Shown in pieces: positions 57,597 to 64,000 of a stretch of DNA of 64,000 bases. The stretch is from positions 1,469-65,468 of IMG/VR virus record IMGVR_UViG_2716884901_000002; one strand, given 5' to 3'. The DNA is from a virus. Every line of letters starts with the position of its first letter. Positions within the stretch are counted from its first letter, which is position 1. The notes beneath the pieces are model-generated. The model made no database searches and was not told where the DNA came from. It saw only the letters and a program-made list of their open reading frames with translations. A program made the translations under genes and the position numbers.

Positions 57597-58887
57597 AACC
57601 TTATCCCAGGCTTTGGGGGCTGCGGCCGCCAAGCCATCAGCCAGCATGAGCGAATGGTTGGGCAGGAGCATCAAGCTGTCAGATGGCGGCTTCTGGGGCG
57701 CGTTTCTCGGGGCTCAGTCCAGTAGCGGAAAAACGGTCAGTGTCGACAAGGCGATGCGGCTTTCCACGGTGTGGGCCTGCGTCCGCATCATCTCCACCTC
57801 GGTTGCGGGCTTGCCCCTGAGCATCTACCGGCGGATGCCTGATGGCAGTCGAGAGAGTGCACGGGACTTCCCGCTGTACGACGTGGTGCACACCAGCCCC
57901 AACGAGGACATGGCCGCCTTCCATTTCTGGCAAGCAGTCGTTGCCTCGATGCTGCTGTGGGGGAATGCTTACTGCGAGATTCACCGATCTGCAGGTCGCG
58001 TCATTGCGCTGGACTTCCTGATGCCGTCCCGAGTCGACCTCGAGTTCGATGATGACGGCCGGCTGAGATACTTCTTCAGGCCACGCAAGGGCGCGCGTCG
58101 GGAGATTGTGCGGCAGAACATGCTGCATATCCCGGCCTTTACCTTGGACGGCCGGATTGGCCTTTCGGCCATTCGCTACGGCGCGGATGTGTTTGGCTCG
58201 GCGATGTCGGCAGACGACGCGGCCAACAGCACTTTCCGCAACGGCATGATGCCTACGGTCGCGTTTTCGGTGGACAAGACACTGAACCCGGCCCAGCGCG
58301 TAGAGTTTCGTGAGTACGTCAAGACCATCTCCGGGGCGCTGAACGCTGGCAAGAGTCCTGTGCTTGAGCAAGGCGTGAAGCCGGAGATGATCGGCATCAA
58401 CCCCGCTGACGCGCAGCTGCTGGAGTCGAGAGGGCACAGCATCGAGGAGATTTGTCGATGGTTCGGCGTCCCGCCTTGGATGGTGATGAAGACCGACAAG
58501 GGCAGTAACTGGGGGACCGGCCTGGAACAACAGCAGATCGCGTTCCTCACCTACTGCATCATGTCCTTCACGGCGCCGATCGAGCAGTGCGTGAACAAGT
58601 GGTGCATGACGGCGGTAGACCGGATCAACTTCTATTCGGAGTTCTCGCTCGAAGCGTTCCTGCGGGCCGACAGCTCTGGGCGTGCGGCGTACCTCAGCAC
58701 GATGGCCCAGAACGGCTTCATCACCCGCAACGAAGGGCGGCGAAAAGACAACATGCCTCACATGCCAGGCGGTGACGTTCTGACGGTTCAGTCGAACCTG
58801 GTGCCGCTGGACCAGCTGGGCAAGCAAGACGATGGTCAGGCCGCAAGGGCCGCACTGATGAACTGGCTTCAACAGCCGGAAAAGTAA
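57589..58887 (+). CDS. HK97-family portal protein
   Basis: STVWACVRIIS...GNAY...GLSAI...LESR..SIEEICRWFGVPP. Confidence 0.92.
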   Translation: MIKTLSQALGAAAAKPSASMSEWLGRSIKLSDGGFWGAFLGAQSSSGKTVSVDKAMRLSTVWACVRIISTSVAGLPLSIYRRMPDGSRESARDFPLYDVVHTSPNEDMAAFHFWQAVVASMLLWGNAYCEIHRSAGRVIALDFLMPSRVDLEFDDDGRLRYFFRPRKGARREIVRQNMLHIPAFTLDGRIGLSAIRYGADVFGSAMSADDAANSTFRNGMMPTVAFSVDKTLNPAQRVEFREYVKTISGALNAGKSPVLEQGVKPEMIGINPADAQLLESRGHSIEEICRWFGVPPWMVMKTDKGSNWGTGLEQQQIAFLTYCIMSFTAPIEQCVNKWCMTAVDRINFYSEFSLEAFLRADSSGRAAYLSTMAQNGFITRNEGRRKDNMPHMPGGDVLTVQSNLVPLDQLGKQDDGQAARAALMNWLQQPEK

Positions 58888-58903
58888 ATCTCGGGAGTAA
58901 TCC

Positions 58904-59047
58904 ATGAAACACAAGATCCAGTCTCGCGGCCTGCGCAGCGAGATGAGCCCGCGCGCGCTCGATAAATGGAACCCCGCGATCCAGGCGGCCGTCGAGAACA
59001 CCTCGGACACCATCACGGTGTACGGCGTGATCGGCGAAGACTGGTAG
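58904..59047 (+). pseudogene. Truncated ClpP-type head maturation protease
   Basis: MKHKIQ...TITVYGVIGEDW* stops at the inversion junction. Confidence 0.75.
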
Positions 59048-59600
59048 CCGCCGGCAGGTTCACACGCACGGAGCGCTGGTACCCATTGGTGGTCTTGCCG
59101 TCCACGGCGCCCAGGTGAGCCGCAACGTACGCCCCGCCGTCAGTGGCGATATCGATGGCGTACTCGATGCGATAACCGTTGGTGTTGCCGCTGCTGTCCT
59201 GCTTGGCCAGGCGCGGCCAGGACATCCGTACACGCACGGCGGAAAGTTGGGTATTGCTTAGCGCGCGGGTGAACGCGTTGTCACTGCGGAGCTCGACATT
59301 GACGGTGGTCTCGTTTTCAACCGCCGGGATGCCCTGGATGTAATCTTGCTCAACGGAGCCTGGGCGCCATTCCCATTTCACACCTGGGAAGTTCACGTTG
59401 CCGCTGGAGTCCGCGATTGGGGTGTTGTCTAGGTAGATATCGCGATCAGTCGGCGTGCCATCGAATTCGCCCTCGCCCACGGCCAACAGGATCTTGGCGA
59501 TGTTTGTCGACTGCAGGCTGTCCGGTGCCTCGACAGGAGTTTTCGGGTTGCTCTCACCGCCCTTGGCGCCGGTGATGTCCAGGTGAGCTGCTGCGCCCAT
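59043..59600 (-). pseudogene. J (tail tip) N-terminal fragment, inverted
   Basis: Near-identical to the N-terminus of 39916..43383; breaks at VNLPAAT. Confidence 0.9.
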
Positions 59601-59653
59601 GCTTTCCTCCGGGCAATAAAAAACCGCCTGGAGGCGGTTTTCTTTAATTTCAA

Positions 59654-59797
59654 CTAATCAAGAAACGTCAGTGAAAAAGCAACTAAAATAATGACCGCAC
59701 ACACAGTGGATACGCCCACCATGCCCACGAAATCCGCGCCCTTCTGCGACATTTTTCCCGAAATCTTGATGGCAACTGATACGACAATCTTAGGCAT
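59654..59797 (-). CDS. 47-aa TM peptide moron between I and J
   Basis: Hand-translated MPKIVVSVAIKISGKMSQKGADFVGMVGVSTVCAVIILVAFSLTFLD; RBS tggag; downstream terminator. Confidence 0.5.
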   Translation of the reverse strand: MPKIVVSVAIKISGKMSQKGADFVGMVGVSTVCAVIILVAFSLTFLD

Positions 59798-59854
59798 CTG
59801 AACTGCTCCAATGATGGAAATCACGGAGCAAGGTGTTCAGGGGCTGAAACGTCG

Positions 59855-60454
59855 TTACGTCTTGTCGTGCGCCTCAATCGAGGCCGAGATGATCGCCCCG
59901 CCCCAGCGGCGCTCGCCGATGCAGATCGGGACTGGATTGCCACTTGCAGTGGTGTTCTTGGCGCTGCCAAAGGCGTAAGACGGCAGGTTCTCTGATGCGG
60001 CGCTTTGGGAAAGGCCCTTGGCCTGTGGGCTAAGCATCTGGATGACGCCGCCGGCGACCAATCCAATACCAGCGCTCATCAGTGGCGCACCGAACGGCGT
60101 AGCTGACAAAAAGGCACCGGCCACGATCATGACCACACCAATAATCGTCTGAAGCACGCCTGCTCGCTTGCTGCCTCTGATGACTGGAACAATTCGTACT
60201 TCTTGGCTGCCGCTTCGTTCAAAGTCTTTTTGTCCAATGTTTTTGCCATTCCGGAAGATAGCAAACCGCAAACCTTTTGAGTCGAGCCTCCTGATCTCTT
60301 CTTCGAACCCGGGAAGGGTAGCCTTCAAGGCCGAAAAGACCTCCTTCACAGTTCCGCTATCGATAAGCCGCTGATGGATCCTGCCGAATTTCTTAGCAAG
60401 CGCCCCAGACAACTTGATTGTAGTCATGCGACTACTCATCAAAACCGCAGTCAT
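59855..60454 (-). CDS. Tail assembly protein I of prophage 2
   Basis: Homolog of 39276..39860. Confidence 0.88.
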   Translation of the reverse strand: MTAVLMSSRMTTIKLSGALAKKFGRIHQRLIDSGTVKEVFSALKATLPGFEEEIRRLDSKGLRFAIFRNGKNIGQKDFERSGSQEVRIVPVIRGSKRAGVLQTIIGVVMIVAGAFLSATPFGAPLMSAGIGLVAGGVIQMLSPQAKGLSQSAASENLPSYAFGSAKNTTASGNPVPICIGERRWGGAIISASIEAHDKT

Positions 60455-60495
60455 AGCTTTCTCCGGATAATAAAAAACCGCCCGAAGACGGCTTG

Positions 60496-60918
60496 TCAGT
60501 TGTAGTCGATGTAGGGGCCTATGTAGACACCGCTCATGTCTCCACTGATGCGGTAGAAGCTTTCCTTGCCGGGCTCGACTCGGGCAGTGATTGATCTGAC
60601 CGCCATGCCTCCGCAGAGGCCAGAACCAGACAAACCGATCCCAAGATTCGGCTGACCAGGCGGCAGATAGAATGTCGCTCGTTGACCTGGCCCAACCTTG
60701 GCCGACTTTCTGCCTTCTACGTAAACAACTATGTCGCAGCCTGACCCCAGTGCTCCTGAATCCCTGACTACGGTTAGAGATCCGCTGGTGCCTGCGGGAG
60801 CGGCTTGATATGCGTAGAGCTCATCTTTCGGCACGAGTTCGGCTTGTTGAACAGGGGTAGCCGAAGTACTGCACCCCGCCAGCAATACCAGCCCGAGAGC
60901 GCCTACCAGAATTCGCAT
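60496..60918 (-). CDS. Lipoprotein moron (paralog of 38814..39233)
   Basis: Lipobox LAGC; RDSG..G.GC conserved; identical AAGGAGGGATCACATGCGAATTCTG start context. Confidence 0.8.
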   Translation of the reverse strand: MRILVGALGLVLLAGCSTSATPVQQAELVPKDELYAYQAAPAGTSGSLTVVRDSGALGSGCDIVVYVEGRKSAKVGPGQRATFYLPPGQPNLGIGLSGSGLCGGMAVRSITARVEPGKESFYRISGDMSGVYIGPYIDYN

Positions 60919-60988
60919 GTGATCCCTCCTTATTGCGGTCGTAAGTTAGCGCACAGTAGATCGCAGCTTACCCCTACGAATCATCCAT

Positions 60989-61486
60989 CTACGAAGCAGG
61001 CGCGAGGGCTTTGCTGTGGATCGCAACATTTACCTGCTCAGCTGAGACGCCGTAACGTCTTGCAACAGAGGCGCACGCTTCTTCCATAGTCAATGCGGGT
61101 GCTATTTCGACCGGTCGGTAATGGCAGCTGGTGCTTAAATCCGCTTGAAGTGCTTGGCGCTGGAACTCTGTCAACCACAGAGTTTGAGAGATTCCATTCT
61201 TAAGCGTCATGGAAAGGTTGTAAGTACGCTCTGATATAGCAGACAAATCAGCAATTTTTTGCCCACCATCGCCTACCCCAAATTTCCAAAAATTAATTTC
61301 GGCCACAGCATGCCAGCTTCCATCTACTACGAATCCCACATATTGGCAGGCTAGCAAGCTTACGATTGAGGGCTGTCTGTCATTTGGAAGCTCGAAGCTC
61401 CAGCTCTGAGAAATCTGTTGGTATTCGGCATGCGAAACATGCATGACGACGCCAATCCAATCACGTTCATGGTAAGGGCGGTCCAT
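60989..61486 (-). CDS. Moron hypothetical protein with C-terminal LTMEEA...RYGVS.EQV motif
   Basis: AT-richer ORF preceded by leader copy 3. Confidence 0.6.
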   Translation of the reverse strand: MDRPYHERDWIGVVMHVSHAEYQQISQSWSFELPNDRQPSIVSLLACQYVGFVVDGSWHAVAEINFWKFGVGDGGQKIADLSAISERTYNLSMTLKNGISQTLWLTEFQRQALQADLSTSCHYRPVEIAPALTMEEACASVARRYGVSAEQVNVAIHSKALAPAS

Positions 61487-61545
61487 TCTCTTTCCTAGAT
61501 GATGTCAAACAAGCATAGTCCCTAGATTCGCCAAGAAGCGCCAGC

Positions 61546-61653
61546 CTGTTCATCCATCCAGGCTGAACGGGACTTCAGTAACCGGCTAGGCTGGCGGCTT
61601 AGTTGCGTTGCGCCCCCCCCCAACGAACCGCCCCGGTCCGTTACGGGAAAGCC
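61546..61653 (-). repeat. Conserved moron-leader element, copy 3
   Basis: CCCAACGAACCGCCCC.GTCCGTT.C.GGAAAGCC core; CTGGATGGATGAACAG box. Confidence 0.7.
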
Positions 61654-61661
61654 TAAGGGTG

Positions 61662-62078
61662 TTACTTGGATGTTATGAAAAGAAGCCCCAATGTAACTGC
61701 TCCTGCAGCAACGTAGGTCCCGACAGTTGCTGCTCGTTCCCAGCCGGTCTTGTCAGCCCAACTCTTCTCAGGCTCTTTTTCATGCTCCGGAGGCATTCGA
61801 CGCTCCCGCTCCCTCTCAGTAGTCTTGGCCAAGAGATCGCCTAGATATTTTATTACGTCCTCGCCAGCTTGGAGAAACGCGGGAAAATCTACATGGAAAT
61901 TGGGTTCATGCGCAGCCTTATTCCGCACACTTGCGATCCATCTGATTTTCTTCACCATTGGGGCGCTTATCATACCTTCTACAGACGTAAGCCTTTCGTG
62001 GATTCCCCTTCCTGATGCGCCAAGCTTGCCAAGCAAGGATTCAATTTGGGTCGAAATGTCTAAAACCTGACCTCGCAT
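61662..62078 (-). CDS. HEPN-motif (DUF4145-like) protein with C-terminal TM anchor
   Basis: RNKAAH Rx4H motif; hydrophobic tail TYVAAGAVTLGLLFI; RBS ggagagg. Confidence 0.6.
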   Translation of the reverse strand: MRGQVLDISTQIESLLGKLGASGRGIHERLTSVEGMISAPMVKKIRWIASVRNKAAHEPNFHVDFPAFLQAGEDVIKYLGDLLAKTTERERERRMPPEHEKEPEKSWADKTGWERAATVGTYVAAGAVTLGLLFITSK

Positions 62079-62163
62079 CCCGCCTCTCCGTCGTGATTAT
62101 TGACGGCAATTTACCATCACTAGCACGCTATCCCAACGAAGGATGCAAATTTGGCCCATCGAG

Positions 62164-62283
62164 CTGGCCGAACATCCAGTGTGGATGGAAACCCAGTAAC
62201 CGCTGGGCTTGGCGCCGTAGTAGCGTTGCTCCTCCCAACGAACCGCCCCTGTCCGTTGCCGGAAAGCCCACGGACTGGGGCAT
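62164..62283 (-). repeat. Conserved moron-leader element, copy 2
   Basis: Reverse complement aligns with 38658-38775; CTGGATGTTCGGCCAG box. Confidence 0.75.
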
Positions 62284-62550
62284 GATGACCTAGGAAGTCA
62301 ACGGGGCAAACGAAAGAACCGTTGAGCAACGACTGAACGATCTTGAGCAAGCGCTTCGGACAGCAATCGTTTTCAACTTGAACGCAGCAGCTGTACTTGG
62401 CCGCCGCCTGTCTTACGGAAATGACCCGATCGCGCAAGCGATTGCTCAAGACCTGCGCGATTTGAAAACCAGAGTTTCGAAAACATCGACAAAGCTCTGC
62501 ACGATCATTACGTGGACAACCTGACCCTAAGCATTACTGGCCGAGCTTGA
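62282..62550 (+). pseudogene. Disrupted counter-oriented moron gene
   Basis: MMT*EVNGANERTVEQRLNDLEQ... with early TAG and a later frameshift; same slot as 38374..38637. Confidence 0.45.
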
Positions 62551-62653
62551 AGCCCGCAGCGTAGTAGTGCCCAGAGCGAGGGTGCTGAACCATCAGCACT
62601 CTCCAATCGGAAGACGCATTCTTCTCCTCAACACGTTTTTTCTCGATCGCCAT
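62534..62653 (-). CDS. 39-aa peptide after the K fragment (MAIEKKRVEEKN...)
   Basis: Hand-translated; RBS gcaggag; same slot as 38175..38381. Confidence 0.4.
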   Translation of the reverse strand: MAIEKKRVEEKNASSDWRVLMVQHPRSGHYYAAGFKLGQ

Positions 62654-62679
62654 TTAACTTCTCCTGCGGCCTAGCCGCT

Positions 62680-62785
62680 TCATTTCGCGTCCCGGTGACG
62701 CAACAAAAGGCGCGTCCGGTCGAGCCAGGGCCCGCCGAACACGATGATTTCCGATGGCCTGCCGAGCAGGTGATGCAGCATGAGC
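62680..62785 (-). pseudogene. 3' end of tail protein K
   Basis: MLHHLLGRPSEIIVFGGPWLDRTRLLLRHRDAK, near-identical to the end of 37396..38151. Confidence 0.85.
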
Positions 62786-62799
62786 CGCTTCTTCGCCAT

Positions 62800-63317
62800 A
62801 CCTCTGGGTGGATGCTGCGCGTACGCCGGATTACACCAAATGCCAACAGCGGCACCGTGGCCGACACGATGACCATCGCTGGCTACACCGAGATCATCGA
62901 CGAGAAACTGCGCTATCCGAACACCGCGCTGCTCTACATCGAATTCGACGCCCAGCAATTCCAGAACATTCCGGCGGTGACGGTGAAGTGCAAGGCCAAG
63001 CGCTGGCCGGTGCCAAGCAACTATGACCCGATCACGCGCACCTACTCTGGCGTATGGGATGGCACCTTCAAACAGGCCTGGACCAACAACCCTGCTTTCG
63101 TGACCTATGGCCTGTGTGTCGAGGACCGTTTCGGCCTGGGTAAGCGCATCAAGTCGTGGATGGTCGACAAGTGGGAGATGTACCGCATCGCCCAGTACTG
63201 CGACCAGCTGGTGCCGAATGGCCTGGGCGGCCAGGAGCCGCGTTTCCTGTGCGACATGAACCTGCAAGGTCGCTCTGAAGCCTGGACGCTGCTGCGTGAT
63301 CTCTCTGCCATCTACCG
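62800..63317 (+). pseudogene. Internal J fragment
   Basis: TSGWMLRVRRITP...TLLRDLSAIY matches J residues following the 59043 break. Confidence 0.9.
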
Positions 63318-63766
63318 GTACCGGGGGCAACACGGCGGCCTTGGCCCGCAGTGGGCTCGGCCTGAAAGCGGCAGCCGTTGCCGATATCGCGGGCACGGTG
63401 AGCCAGAGCGGCGGAACGCCCACCGGCGCAATCCTTGAGCAGGGCAGCAACGCAAACGGGCATTACATCAAATATGCCAGCGGGGCGATGATCTGCTGGG
63501 GAGAAGCGACTTATACCGGGGGCATCACAACGGCGATCGTCACTTCCGTTTTCGTCTCTGCGGCTGGCTTCACAATCACTTGGCCAGTGGCCTTCGCCAG
63601 TTCGGCTCCAGTTGAACTAAGCGGTGGTGTGACAGGCGGCTCTTACCGGGTTATCTGCGTCCCTTATCGGGCGAACACAGCCAACGGAACGATGACGTTC
63701 CAGCTGTACATCTCTTCAACGGCAGATGTTGTTTTCTCTTGGAAGGCCATCGGGAGGTGGTTCTAA
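63318..63766 (+). pseudogene. Tail fiber C-terminal fragment
   Basis: GTGGNT...GLGLKAAAVADI.GTVSQSGGTPTGAI...GSNANG...GRWF; 5' end deleted. Confidence 0.8.
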
Positions 63767-64000
63767 TGATTATCAAGCTTTCTCCAGTTCGTTCTGATGC
63801 TGGGCTCTCGGTTGTGAAATCCGGCGACAGCCTGGAAGTGAACGCAGTGTCGTTGGATTTCTCCCGCTTGGCCGAGGGCGCGACCCTGCCCGCCGAGGCG
63901 GTCGGCTGTGATTTCGTGATTGCGCCTGTCGAGCGTATCAACGGCGATCTGGTGTTGACCCTCATGCTGCCGCACGCGGCCGATGCGCCTCAGGCGGCCC
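63766..64000 (+). CDS. Tail fiber assembly chaperone (partial, runs off window)
   Basis: MIIKLSPVRSD..., homolog of 45398..45991. Confidence 0.8.
   Translation, partial: MIIKLSPVRSDAGLSVVKSGDSLEVNAVSLDFSRLAEGATLPAEAVGCDFVIAPVERINGDLVLTLMLPHAADAPQAA

Larger units (their letters stand above)
50459..64000. mobile_element. Decayed HK97-like prophage remnant (prophage 2), continues past the window
   Basis: Truncated int, rep, protease, J and fiber; intact holin, HNH, TerL and portal; internal inversion. Confidence 0.85.

Noticed and set aside
59043-62802. Invertase-driven tail shufflon
   Set aside because: Junctions share only 4 bp, no serine or tyrosine invertase is adjacent, and the inversion breaks essential genes

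Overview
GC-rich DNA, most consistent with a Pseudomonas putida-group chromosome (inferred from gene families and the tRNA-Pro fragment). Almost all of it is prophage, in two adjacent elements. (1) Positions 1-50458 are an apparently intact lambdoid siphovirus prophage whose integrase lies just left of the window. It carries a leftward early operon (C5 DNA methyltransferase, YqaJ exonuclease/ERF recombination pair, HNH), a cI/cro switch with operators, antirepressor, replication genes, NinB/NinG, Q-like antiterminator, holins, a DUF2280/TerL/DUF4055/MuF head, a lambda-like tail, endolysin and spanins. It ends with an AT-rich accessory end (Dam pseudogene, 38-aa TM peptide plus Wzz-like protein, SOS-boxed gene pair) and a 48-bp tRNA-Pro(GGG) 3' att copy. 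(2) Positions 50459-64000 are a heavily decayed HK97-type prophage remnant. At least five deletions and one microhomology inversion can be reconstructed from the sequence, yet its accessory cargo is intact: a RelA/SpoT small alarmone synthetase, a HEPN-motif/TM protein, a lipoprotein and small membrane peptides. The most notable signals are the Wzz-like/TM-peptide O-antigen module, the alarmone synthetase wedged between Q and the late promoter, a thrice-repeated ~110-bp moron leader with a conserved CTG-N10-CAG box, and a dispersed GCGCCACAAA-N13/14-TTTCGTGGCGC palindrome. No databases or tools were used, so family assignments rest on recalled motifs and synteny.
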